A stretch of 32,000 nt of DNA from Idiomarina loihiensis L2TR (lineage in GTDB: Bacteria > Pseudomonadota > Gammaproteobacteria > Enterobacterales > Alteromonadaceae), in assembly GCF_000008465.1 (NCBI RefSeq), contig NC_006512.1, forward strand, positions 570,001 to 602,000, in the 5' to 3' direction. The notes under the pieces were generated by a model, which did not search any database, was not told where the DNA came from, and was given only the letters and a program-made list of their open reading frames with translations. Positions 9,625 through 18,626 of this stretch are shown in pieces (within the stretch, counting starts at the first letter, position 1; each line of letters begins with the position of its first letter). The position numbers and the translations under genes were made by a program.

Positions 9625-10767
9625 ATGTCACATCATTTAAGCGAGTTTATTCGTTCTCTTTATAAAACCAAAGATTTCATTCCGCTTCATGCCCCAACAT
9701 TTGGCGATCAGGAAAAATCCAATGTGCTAGACACCATTGAAACAACCTTTGTGTCGAGTGTTGGTAAGTACGTTGACGAATTTGAAAGAGAAATAGAGCG
9801 TTTTACTGAAAGCCCAAAAGCAGTAGCTACAGTTAATGGAACCGCGGCACTGCACACTGCACTTTATATGGCAGGTGTAAAACAGGGCGATTTGGTAATT
9901 ACTCAAGCATTAACTTTTGTTGCAACCTGTAATGCTATTCACCATATGGGTGCTGCCCCTGTATTTGTAGATGCATCACGTGAGACCTTAGGGCTTTGCC
10001 CCGTCGCGTTAGAGTCTTTCCTTGAGTATAACGCCAAACTAGATGGTGAACGGTGTATCCATAAAGAATCCAGGCAGGTAATAAGAGCTGCCGTTCCAAT
10101 GCATACCTTTGGGCATGCCGTTCATTTGGATGAGATACAGCGTATTTGCAAAAAGTGGCATATTACTCTAGTGGAAGACGCTGCAGAGAGCTTAGGGTCT
10201 TATTATAAGGGTAAACACACAGGCACAATTGGTGAGTTTGCCGCTTTAAGCTTCAACGGTAATAAAATTATTACAACTGGCGGTGGCGGTATGGTGCTTT
10301 GTGCTAGTGATGTTGACGGGCGGTGTACGAAACATATTACAACTACCGCTAAAGTACCTCATCCTTATGAGTTTTATCATGATGAGCCGGGCTTTAACTA
10401 TCGGATGCCGAATTTAAATGCCGCACTAGGTTGTGCGCAGATGCAAAGGTTGCCTTTATTTCTGGAGCAGAAACGTCAGCTGGCTAACGATTATCGAGCG
10501 TTCTTTAAAGGCTCGAACTATGAGTTTGTCGATGAGCCAAACCATAGTCACTCCAATTTTTGGCTTAACGCTGTACTTTGTGAAGATAAAGGTGCGCGCA
10601 ATGCTTTGCTCGAAGAACAAAACAGCGCAGGGATAATGTGCCGGCCTATATGGCAGCTTATGCATAAGTTACCGATGTTTGCAGAGTGTTTAAGAGGTGA
10701 TTTAGAAGTGTCCGAAGATATAGAAGCGCGTCTTGTAAATATCCCAAGTTCACCAATTTGTAGATAA
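9625..10767 (+). CDS. DegT/DnrJ/EryC1-family PLP aminotransferase (LegC/LgaB-like)
   Basis: 380 aa with FIPLHAPTFGDQE, VEDAAESLGS and ALSFNGNKIITTGGGGMV (Schiff-base Lys context). Confidence 0.8.
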   Translation: MSHHLSEFIRSLYKTKDFIPLHAPTFGDQEKSNVLDTIETTFVSSVGKYVDEFEREIERFTESPKAVATVNGTAALHTALYMAGVKQGDLVITQALTFVATCNAIHHMGAAPVFVDASRETLGLCPVALESFLEYNAKLDGERCIHKESRQVIRAAVPMHTFGHAVHLDEIQRICKKWHITLVEDAAESLGSYYKGKHTGTIGEFAALSFNGNKIITTGGGGMVLCASDVDGRCTKHITTTAKVPHPYEFYHDEPGFNYRMPNLNAALGCAQMQRLPLFLEQKRQLANDYRAFFKGSNYEFVDEPNHSHSNFWLNAVLCEDKGARNALLEEQNSAGIMCRPIWQLMHKLPMFAECLRGDLEVSEDIEARLVNIPSSPICR

Positions 10768-10777
10768 TGGAATTACA

Positions 10778-11941
10778 ATGAAAAAAGTCGCAGTATTCAC
10801 AGGAACTCGAGCTGAATATGGGCTTTTGTATTGGTTGCTTAAGGATATTCAGGATGCAGATGACTTAAAACTACAGTTGCTGGTTTCTGGTTCCCATTTA
10901 TCTCCAGAGTTTGGTCATACTGCAGATCAGATAGAAGCTGATGGTTTTGAAATTTCTGAAAAAATTGAAATGTTACTTTCATCAGATTCAGCGGTAGGCA
11001 GTGTAAAAAGTCTAGGACTCGGTATTATTGGGTATGCTGACGCCCTTGAGCGGCAACAGCCGGATATTTTGGTTGTTTTGGGCGACCGCTATGAAGCACT
11101 GGGAGTGACGCAAGCCGCTATGTTAATGCGTGTGCCTGTGCTGCACATTCACGGAGGCGAGATAACCGAAGGCGCTTATGATGATGCTATTCGGCATGCG
11201 ATAAGTAAATTAAGTTTGTTACACGCAACCTCCACTGAAAGCTATCGCAAACGAGTCATACAATTAGGTGAAGCCCCTGAAAGGGTTATCACTGTAGGAG
11301 CTATAGGACTCGATCATCTTAAGCGCTCTGAGTTCATGTCTCGTCAGGAACTATCCGAATCTTTAAAGTTTTCTTTAGATGGCGACTTTGCAATTGTGAC
11401 TTATCATCCAGTAACACTCGCAAATGAACCTGCAGAAGAGGCTTTCGAAAATATTACGGAGGTTCTGGACACTTATCCTTGGCTTAAAGTAATTATAACT
11501 TATCCAAACGCTGATGAGGGTGGGCGAAAGATTATCCCTCTGATAGAAGCTTATGCTGCAAAGCATAAAGAGAGGGTTATTGTCGTTCCTTCGTTAGGGC
11601 AGCGTCGTTATTTGAGCGCAGTTAAGCATGCAACAGTTGTTATCGGTAACTCATCCAGCGGTATCATCGAGGTTCCTTCTTTCAACGTGCCTACTGTAAA
11701 TATAGGGGCGCGCCAGTTTGGACGACTTGCTGCCGAAAGTGTAGTTAACTGTTCTCCAAGTGAAGTGGGGATCAGGAAAGCGTTAGAGCAAGCAATTGAT
11801 ATGTTTAAGTCTAATGCATTAAGCTCGGTGGTTAATCCTTACGGTAAAGGTAATGCTAGTGCAAAAATCCTTAATCTAATTCGTAAAGCAGACTTAACAA
11901 CCATAAAGACATTTCACGATTTAGATTCAGAACAAGGTTAA
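10778..11941 (+). CDS. neuC: Hydrolysing NDP-(di)N-acetylhexosamine 2-epimerase, NeuC family (LegG/LgaC-like)
   Basis: 387 aa with AVFTGTRAEYGLLYWLL, VVLGDRYEAL and HIHGGEITEGAYDD. Confidence 0.85.
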   Translation: MKKVAVFTGTRAEYGLLYWLLKDIQDADDLKLQLLVSGSHLSPEFGHTADQIEADGFEISEKIEMLLSSDSAVGSVKSLGLGIIGYADALERQQPDILVVLGDRYEALGVTQAAMLMRVPVLHIHGGEITEGAYDDAIRHAISKLSLLHATSTESYRKRVIQLGEAPERVITVGAIGLDHLKRSEFMSRQELSESLKFSLDGDFAIVTYHPVTLANEPAEEAFENITEVLDTYPWLKVIITYPNADEGGRKIIPLIEAYAAKHKERVIVVPSLGQRRYLSAVKHATVVIGNSSSGIIEVPSFNVPTVNIGARQFGRLAAESVVNCSPSEVGIRKALEQAIDMFKSNALSSVVNPYGKGNASAKILNLIRKADLTTIKTFHDLDSEQG

Positions 11942-11946
11942 TAAGA

Positions 11947-13020
11947 ATGACATTGATAATCGCTGAAGCGGGGGTTAATCATAATGGTGACGCAAAGCTG
12001 GCTCGTGATTTAGTAACCTCTGCTCATAAGGCTGGTGCGGATATTGTAAAATTTCAAACGTTTAAAGCGAAGAACATTGTTACAGAGAAGGCAACTCAAG
12101 CTAATTACCAGAAAAAGAACCTTGGTAGAGAAGAAAGCCAGTTAGCAATGCTACAACGCTTGGAGTTGAGTCACGAACTCCACTATGAACTGGTTGATTA
12201 CTGTAATGAGCTAGGTATTGAGTTTCTTTCAACCGCATTTGATGATGAGAGCCTGAACTTTTTAGTCAATGATTTGGGGTTGAAGCGTTTAAAATTACCG
12301 TCTGGCGAAATAACTAATGCCCCTTTAGTTTTAAAGCATGCTCAAACCGGGTGTGATTTAATTGTTTCGACAGGCATGGCAACAATGGCCGAGATCGAAT
12401 CGGTTTTAGGTGTTATTGCTTATGGTTATTTAAACCCGCATGCCAAACAAGCTACCCGAGCAGATTTTGAAACGGCATATGCATCAGAAAGTGGGCAGCA
12501 AATTCTGCGTGAAAAAGTGACGGTTTTGCATTGCACTACAGAATATCCTGCGCCTATGGAAGAAATTAATTTAAACGCGATGAACACCATCGGAACTACG
12601 TTCCGGTTACAAATTGGTTATTCCGATCACAGCCGAGGCATTACCATTCCGATTGCTGCCGTTGCCAAAGGCGCAACGATTATTGAAAAACATTTTACTT
12701 TGGACCGAAATCTGGAAGGACCGGATCATAAAGCGTCATTAGAGCCTGACGAACTTGCTGAAATGGTTACAGCTATTCGTGATGTGGAAAAAGCAATGGG
12801 CGACGGTGTTAAACGCCCGACGGTATCAGAAGTAAACAATAAAAATATTGCCCGTAAAAGTTTGGTTACAGTGAACCCTTTGAAAAAAGGCCAAGTGATA
12901 ACAGCCGATGATATTGCTGTGAAGCGCCCTGGTGGAGGTCGCTCGCCGTATGATTATTGGAAAATTATCGGGCAGCAATGTGACAGAGACTATCAGTCAG
13001 GGGATACGTTGATTGACTAA
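11947..13020 (+). CDS. neuB: Nonulosonic acid synthase, NeuB family (LegI/LgaD-like)
   Basis: 357 aa with IIAEAGVNHNGD and HCTTEYPAP, plus a C-terminal SAF-like domain IARKSLVTVNPLKKGQVITADDIAVKRPGGG. Confidence 0.9.
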   Translation: MTLIIAEAGVNHNGDAKLARDLVTSAHKAGADIVKFQTFKAKNIVTEKATQANYQKKNLGREESQLAMLQRLELSHELHYELVDYCNELGIEFLSTAFDDESLNFLVNDLGLKRLKLPSGEITNAPLVLKHAQTGCDLIVSTGMATMAEIESVLGVIAYGYLNPHAKQATRADFETAYASESGQQILREKVTVLHCTTEYPAPMEEINLNAMNTIGTTFRLQIGYSDHSRGITIPIAAVAKGATIIEKHFTLDRNLEGPDHKASLEPDELAEMVTAIRDVEKAMGDGVKRPTVSEVNNKNIARKSLVTVNPLKKGQVITADDIAVKRPGGGRSPYDYWKIIGQQCDRDYQSGDTLID

Positions 13021-13654
13021 GCGATATTTAGTTCTTGGCGGTGGTGGCCATGCTAGGGTTATCATTGATATTTTAGCCTCCTATAACATTCCAATAGAGG
13101 CAATTGTGGCTCCTGAGCTAGGACGAATGCAAGAGTTTAAGGGATTGAAGCATCTTCGAAAAGACGAGGAGGTAAGGCACTATAACGCCGACGAGGTAAG
13201 CTTGGTTAATGCGTTAGGGTCTTTGCCTGGCCAATATAACTTGCGAGAAGGGTTATTTAAACGCTTTAAAAAAGCCGGCTATCAATTTTTAACGGTCGTT
13301 TCGGAAGCGGCTATAATATCTCAGTATGCGGTGCTGGAAGAAGGCGTTCAAGTATTGCCCGGCGCGATTCTAAACGCTTGTAATGTTGGCGAGAACTCAA
13401 TAGTTAATACGGGAGCTATAGTCGAGCACGATGTAACTATTGGAAAGCATTGCCATATCGCTCCGGGAGCAACGATTTGTGGCAATGTAACACTTGGCGA
13501 TAATGTGCACATTGGAGCAGGAGCAACAGTCATCCAGGGGATTGATATTGGCGATAGCGCTGTCGTTGGAGCGGGCTCCATTGTTTCAAAAAATCTTTTT
13601 GCAAGAGACAGGCACTACCCAGCAAAATCATTTATTAAGAAGGGAAGTCAGTAA
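13013..13654 (+). CDS. NeuD/PglD-family sugar N-acetyltransferase (LegH/LgaE-like)
   Basis: 213 aa with a TTG start overlapping the neuB stop. It has the N-terminal LVLGGGGHARVIIDIL and hexapeptide repeats IGKHCHIAPGATICGNVTLGDNVHIGAGATVIQGIDIGDSAVVGAGSIV. Confidence 0.8.
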   Translation: MTKRYLVLGGGGHARVIIDILASYNIPIEAIVAPELGRMQEFKGLKHLRKDEEVRHYNADEVSLVNALGSLPGQYNLREGLFKRFKKAGYQFLTVVSEAAIISQYAVLEEGVQVLPGAILNACNVGENSIVNTGAIVEHDVTIGKHCHIAPGATICGNVTLGDNVHIGAGATVIQGIDIGDSAVVGAGSIVSKNLFARDRHYPAKSFIKKGSQ

Positions 13655-13655
13655 G

Positions 13656-14711
13656 ATGAGTTACGATTGGCGCAATGCAGTTGTCGGTCCGTCAGTTTCT
13701 GTCAAGGACACTTTGGAGAAGCTAGATAAAGAAGCATTACGTATCGTTTTAGTCTGTGATGACTCGATGAAGTTACTTGGTGTTGTAACAGACGGTGATA
13801 TTCGCCGAGCGTTACTAAAAGGGATGGGTTTGGAATGTGACGTTCATAAAATAATGAATCCATCACCAACGACAATAACGAACAATACGTCTAGAAAAGA
13901 CGCCGTTGCGTTAATGCAAAGCAAAAGCATACTGGCTACTCCTATTCTGGAAGAAGGCAAACTAATTGGTCTCGAAACCCTTCAACAAGCAAAAAGCCGT
14001 AAGCAGTATAGTAACCCTGTATTCATTATGGCAGGTGGTTTTGGAACACGCTTACGTCCCCTGACAGATGACACTCCTAAGCCAATGCTGAAAGTGGGTG
14101 AACGCCCAATACTAGAAACCCTGATACTTAATTTTATTAAAGCGGGCTTTTCTAAGTTTTATATTTCAACACATTACCTGCCGCACGTTATTCGAAACCA
14201 CTTTGGTGACGGCAGTAAATGGGGTGTAAACATTACTTATGTGCATGAGGAGACTCCTCTTGGCACAGGTGGAGCCCTTGGTCTGTTGCCGGACGATACA
14301 CCTGAACACCCTCTTATTATGGTGAACGGCGATGTACTGACCAACGTAGATTTTGAACGCGTATTAGACTTTCATGTGCAGAACGCTGCACTGGCAACTA
14401 TGTGTGTGCGTGAATACGACTATCAAATACCTTACGGAGTGATAGTTGGTGACGGTGAACGCATTATTAGTATGGAGGAAAAACCTATTCAACGGTTTTT
14501 CGTGAATGCTGGTATTTATGTGATTAATCCTGAAGTATTTAAAACAGTCGATAAAAATCGCCATATAGATATGCCAACGTTATTGCAGAAATACCTGGAC
14601 GCTAATAAAGAAGTTTTGATGTTTCCTATTCATGAATACTGGCTGGATATTGGTCGTATGGATGATTTTGAGCGCGCACAAGCTGATATTAAAGGCTTGT
14701 CTTTTGAATGA
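13656..14711 (+). CDS. CBS-domain sugar-1-phosphate nucleotidyltransferase (PtmE/LgaF-like)
   Basis: The true start is most likely ATG 13656 (MSYDWRN), 2 nt after the upstream stop and preceded by AAGGGAAG. The track's 13494 start lies inside the previous gene. It has a CBS pair (LRIVLVCDDSMKLLGVVTDGDIRRALL) followed by FIMAGGFGTRLRPLTDDTPKPML. Confidence 0.8.
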   Translation: MSYDWRNAVVGPSVSVKDTLEKLDKEALRIVLVCDDSMKLLGVVTDGDIRRALLKGMGLECDVHKIMNPSPTTITNNTSRKDAVALMQSKSILATPILEEGKLIGLETLQQAKSRKQYSNPVFIMAGGFGTRLRPLTDDTPKPMLKVGERPILETLILNFIKAGFSKFYISTHYLPHVIRNHFGDGSKWGVNITYVHEETPLGTGGALGLLPDDTPEHPLIMVNGDVLTNVDFERVLDFHVQNAALATMCVREYDYQIPYGVIVGDGERIISMEEKPIQRFFVNAGIYVINPEVFKTVDKNRHIDMPTLLQKYLDANKEVLMFPIHEYWLDIGRMDDFERAQADIKGLSFE

Positions 14712-14712
14712 C

Positions 14713-15414
14713 ATGAATAGTTCAGAAACTCTTATAATTATACCTGCAAGAGGCGGCAGTAAACGCCTTCCAAGAAAGAACGTTAAGCCGTTAGCGGGTA
14801 AGCCTCTTATTTGTTGGACAATAGAAGCCGCAATAAAAGCTAATTTAGATGCGAAAATAATCGTGACCAGTGACGATGATGAAATACTTGGACTGGCTGA
14901 TACATATAAAAGTAAAGGGGTTTACAAGCGCAAGCGGCCTGACAATTTAGCAACGGATACAGCAAGTACAGTCGACGCAATAATAGATGTTATTGAGTCT
15001 GAAAAAGAGTTGGGTAATAACCCACAAACAATTATTCTGCTGCAGCCTACTTCGCCGATTCGAAACGAAGATGATATTCGCAATGCGTTTCTTTTGTATA
15101 ACGATACAGAAGCTCATAATTACAGAAATACTGTGGTTAGCGTTTGTGAAGTGGAGCATCCAACTGCCTGGGTTGGGTGGGTTGATGAAAATATGTCATT
15201 TACGGGTACGGAACTGCTGAATAAACGCTCTCAAGACTACGAAAAAGAATACAGGCTTAATGGTGCTGTTTATGTAGCTTCTGTTGAGCACATTTTTAAA
15301 GAGAAATCGCTGTTCTCTCAAAAGTTAAAAGCATCGGTAATGCCGAGAACCCGCTCTATTGACATTGATGAAGAGGTTGACTTTAAAGTTTGTGAGGGAT
15401 TACTAAGTGGTTGA
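14713..15414 (+). CDS. CMP-nonulosonate synthetase / acylneuraminate cytidylyltransferase family (LegF/LgaG/NeuA-like)
   Basis: The start is taken at ATG 14713 (MNSSETL), 2 nt after the upstream stop. LIIIPARGGSKRLPRKNVKPLAGKPLICW and LLQPTSPIR are family motifs. Confidence 0.85.
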   Translation: MNSSETLIIIPARGGSKRLPRKNVKPLAGKPLICWTIEAAIKANLDAKIIVTSDDDEILGLADTYKSKGVYKRKRPDNLATDTASTVDAIIDVIESEKELGNNPQTIILLQPTSPIRNEDDIRNAFLLYNDTEAHNYRNTVVSVCEVEHPTAWVGWVDENMSFTGTELLNKRSQDYEKEYRLNGAVYVASVEHIFKEKSLFSQKLKASVMPRTRSIDIDEEVDFKVCEGLLSG

Positions 15415-16435
15415 TAATTTATTTGTCGTAGAGTCACCCTTACAAGCTTTAGTAGCTTTAGAGCTCAGTCTACGTTTTAAGGACGCTCGAAACGGCATTG
15501 TGTACCGTTTTGTAGAGGGGCGAGAGCAAAATAACGAGCAGATAGAGAATGTTATCAGTAAAGGGGAATGGTCGTTCAGAAAAAAAGTGCTGTTTGACAG
15601 CAGTAGCGGCCTATCTAGTCATAGAAGCATTGTAAGAGAATTAAATTACTTTAACAAAACTTTTCCAGAGAGTATTAAACAGTTATTTATTGGTGAGTTT
15701 AGAGCTCAATGGATGCACTTTATGAGGGTTGCAGTTGCGCCATCTCTAACTGTACTAATGGATGATGGTGCAGCAACCTTAATGGTTAAAAGGGAGTTTA
15801 TAGATAAAGGGATATATTATCCAACAGCACTTTGGGCGCATGGAAGTTTCATGAAAAGGCTTGTGAAGCGACATATGTATAGTCGTTTTTTACGAAATAA
15901 CGAGCTACAGTCCCATCTATATTTCGCCTCAGCTTTTATTAAAACCGAAGCTCTATACCCTATAGATTTTTCTGCGGTGAAAAAACTGTTTAAAAGCAGT
16001 GAAAAAGGCGCTAGAGAAAAAGCTGTATTTTTCTTTGGCTCTAAATATAGCGAGGTAGGAATAGTTTCGCGTGAGTATGAACTTGCCTTCCTTGAGCGAG
16101 TGAAGCGGTTCTACTCGTTGTATGACTGTGACTTAGTTTACTGCGCACATAGAGATGAAAGTGATGAAAAGTTAAATGTGCTTAGAAATACACTAAAATT
16201 TAAGGTTGTAATGCCAGAAACGCCGGCCGAGATATTCTTATTAGAGAATAACCAGAGAATACTTGAAGTGTCAGGTGCTTACACGAGTGTTTTGAATAAC
16301 GCGAAAGTGCTACTACCAGATGTTTTAGTTAGAGCTTTCCAATTGGCCCCAGAGGAAATAAGCGTTGAGCACAGAAAAAATATCGAGCTTGTCTATAAAC
16401 ACTTTAATCGCGAAGATATTAAGCTTGTTTTGTAA
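15407..16435 (+). CDS. Hypothetical protein, candidate nonulosonic-acid (sialyl-type) transferase
   Basis: 342 aa. The GTG start overlaps the cytidylyltransferase stop by 8 nt, implying translational coupling. The N-terminus NLFVVESPLQALVALEL resembles the first strand-helix of polysialyltransferase-like proteins. It contains VLMDDGAATL (D/E-D/E-G-like) and CAHRDESDEK (His motif, HR rather than HP). The CDS is likely; the function is inferred. Confidence 0.5.
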   Translation: MVDNLFVVESPLQALVALELSLRFKDARNGIVYRFVEGREQNNEQIENVISKGEWSFRKKVLFDSSSGLSSHRSIVRELNYFNKTFPESIKQLFIGEFRAQWMHFMRVAVAPSLTVLMDDGAATLMVKREFIDKGIYYPTALWAHGSFMKRLVKRHMYSRFLRNNELQSHLYFASAFIKTEALYPIDFSAVKKLFKSSEKGAREKAVFFFGSKYSEVGIVSREYELAFLERVKRFYSLYDCDLVYCAHRDESDEKLNVLRNTLKFKVVMPETPAEIFLLENNQRILEVSGAYTSVLNNAKVLLPDVLVRAFQLAPEEISVEHRKNIELVYKHFNREDIKLVL

Positions 16436-16497
16436 TTCAGTTTGGTTGCAAGAAATGCTACTTTGGCAACCATTGATTAATGCTCAAAAGGCGGATA

Positions 16498-17760
16498 ATG
16501 AAAGATAAAATTTGTGTGATAGGAATGGGCTACGTTGGGTTACCATTAGCTGTAGCTTTTGCCGAAAAGTACTCAGTTGTAGGTTTTGATATCAATTTCT
16601 CTCGAGTTCAGGAGCTTGAAGCTGGACAGGATAGTACGTTAGAGGTTTCTTCTAAAGAACTACAAGCTGTAAAGGATCTGCTGAAATTTACAAATAACGC
16701 AGCAGATATAAGAGATGCAAATATTTATATTGTTACAGTTCCTACACCTATCGATAGAAGTAATAAGCCAGACTTATCTCCCTTGGAGAAAGCATCTGAG
16801 ACGGTTGGAAGTGTTTTGAAAGCAAAGGATATTGTCATCTACGAGTCGACTGTATACCCAGGGGTTACCGAAGAAGTTTGCGTTCCCGTATTAGAAAAGG
16901 TTTCGAAGTTAAGCTACAACCAAGATTTTTTCTGTGGCTACTCACCAGAACGTATAAACCCAGGAGATAAGCAGCACACAGTAAAAAATATTTTAAAAGT
17001 TACTTCCGGTTCAACGCCAGAGACAGCAGAAAGAGTTGATGCTTTGTATTCATCGATAATAACAGCGGGAACCCATTTAGCATCAAGTATAAAAGTGGCT
17101 GAAGCATCTAAGGTAATAGAGAACACACAGAGAGATGTTAATATCGCGCTGATAAATGAATTAGCTATGATATTTAATGAAATGGGTATAAATACTGATG
17201 AGGTAATAGAAGCTGCTGCGACTAAGTGGAACTTTATTAAGTTAAAACCAGGGTTGGTAGGTGGTCACTGTATAGGGGTCGATCCATACTATTTAACTTA
17301 TAAAGCTGAAGAGTTAGGTTACAAGCCTAACCTTATATTGTCTTCCAGGCAGATTAATAATGGAATGGGTAAATATGTAGCTGATGCGACTATTAAAGAG
17401 CTTATTGATAAAGAAAAATTAGTTAAAAATGCAAATGTATTAATTTTGGGCTATTCATTTAAAGAGAATTGTCCGGACGTAAGAAATACAAGAGTGGTTG
17501 ATGTAGTAGAAAATCTTTATAAATACGGAGTGAATGTTCATATACACGACCCGTGGGTAGCTAAACCTACATCGACTGATGGATTGACTTTTGTTACAGA
17601 AGTTAGCAGTAAGAGTAATTTTTATGATGCTATAATTCTGGCTGTAAACCATGATTGCTTTAGTAGCTATACGGAAAATGATTTTGCAAAACTTGTTCGA
17701 GGGAAGTTCATCCTCATAGATGTAAAGTCAGTAAAAAATTTTTCGACTTGGAAACTATAG
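16498..17760 (+). CDS. tviB: UDP-N-acetylhexosamine (GlcNAc/GalNAc) 6-dehydrogenase, TviB/WbpO family
   Basis: KICVIGMGYVGLPLAVAF, YIVTVPTPI, VYESTVYPGVTEE, YSPERINPGDK, KVAEASKVIENTQRDVNIALINELA and the catalytic Cys in GLVGGHCIGVDPYY are colinear with Salmonella TviB as I remember it. The start is taken at ATG 16498; the track's alternative is 16480. Confidence 0.8.
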   Translation: MKDKICVIGMGYVGLPLAVAFAEKYSVVGFDINFSRVQELEAGQDSTLEVSSKELQAVKDLLKFTNNAADIRDANIYIVTVPTPIDRSNKPDLSPLEKASETVGSVLKAKDIVIYESTVYPGVTEEVCVPVLEKVSKLSYNQDFFCGYSPERINPGDKQHTVKNILKVTSGSTPETAERVDALYSSIITAGTHLASSIKVAEASKVIENTQRDVNIALINELAMIFNEMGINTDEVIEAAATKWNFIKLKPGLVGGHCIGVDPYYLTYKAEELGYKPNLILSSRQINNGMGKYVADATIKELIDKEKLVKNANVLILGYSFKENCPDVRNTRVVDVVENLYKYGVNVHIHDPWVAKPTSTDGLTFVTEVSSKSNFYDAIILAVNHDCFSSYTENDFAKLVRGKFILIDVKSVKNFSTWKL

Positions 17761-17813
17761 TCAAATTATGCGAACCAGTAAAACTTATTCTCAAGCCAAA
17801 TAATGTGGAAATT

Positions 17814-18626
17814 ATGAGTTTAGTTTCGGTAATTATTCCAGTTAAAGATAGAGTCCTTCCCCTTAAAAGAGCTATTGAATCTGTAAAAAAACAAAGCCAT
17901 AGAAACATTGAAGTAATTATAGTCGAAAACAACTCAAAGTCTCCCCCCAAAATAAAGGCTGCGATTGAAGATATGGGGGACCCCGCTTTAAAATTTTTTT
18001 CATTGTCAAGTTGTGATAATGCTAATGTAGCTAGAAATTATGGGATCTCGAAGGCCAGTGGAGATTATTTAGCTATTTTAGATTCAGATGATGAATTTTT
18101 TCCAACCCATATTGAAGACTGTTTAAAGCTACTGACCGAGAGTTGTTGTGACTTCGTGTTCGGCTCAATTTATTTAGATGATGGGGCATCAAAGATAGCA
18201 AGATATTCTCGAAATCTTACTTTTGGTGAGAGTGGAATAGAGTACCTTTTCGGTAAAAATGCGGGGTGGGCACCTACTCCGACCTATTTTCTACGTAAAG
18301 AGGTGACGACAAATGTAGTTTGGGATGAAAATCTCAGACGTCATCAGGATTTTGATTTTTTCATTCGCGTGGTAAGCAAATATCGTGTCATAGCTAAAAA
18401 GGAACCTTCAGTTGTTGTTCATTGGAAGAAAGGAGAGAAAAGAACCTATGATAGTAGTTCAATGCGAATTTTTTATGATAAGTGGAGGAGTAAAATGGGC
18501 CTGATAGAAAAAATTAGCTATAGTAAAAACAAAGTTAGAATTGCTATTTTGAATAGGGATATGCATAACTTGGCCTTTTTTACGTTAGAATATTTTAAGG
18601 CTAAAATCTGTGCCTATTTTAAATAA
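17814..18626 (+). CDS. Family 2 (GT-A) glycosyltransferase
   Basis: MSLVSVIIPVKDRVLPLKRAIESVKKQSHRNIEVIIVENNS and the DxD-type ILDSDDEF. The start is taken at ATG 17814 rather than the track's 17748, which overlaps the upstream gene. Confidence 0.8.
   Translation: MSLVSVIIPVKDRVLPLKRAIESVKKQSHRNIEVIIVENNSKSPPKIKAAIEDMGDPALKFFSLSSCDNANVARNYGISKASGDYLAILDSDDEFFPTHIEDCLKLLTESCCDFVFGSIYLDDGASKIARYSRNLTFGESGIEYLFGKNAGWAPTPTYFLRKEVTTNVVWDENLRRHQDFDFFIRVVSKYRVIAKKEPSVVVHWKKGEKRTYDSSSMRIFYDKWRSKMGLIEKISYSKNKVRIAILNRDMHNLAFFTLEYFKAKICAYFK

Noticed and set aside
16443-16472. Hairpin TGGTTGC..GCAACCA just after the 15407-16435 ORF, sharing a GTTGC/GCAAC core with the inverted repeat upstream of the yjbE-like gene
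   Set aside because: It has a 7-bp stem plus a bulged extension, a large loop and no clean T-tract. The shared 5-mer core is too short to claim a common motif without a genome-wide count.
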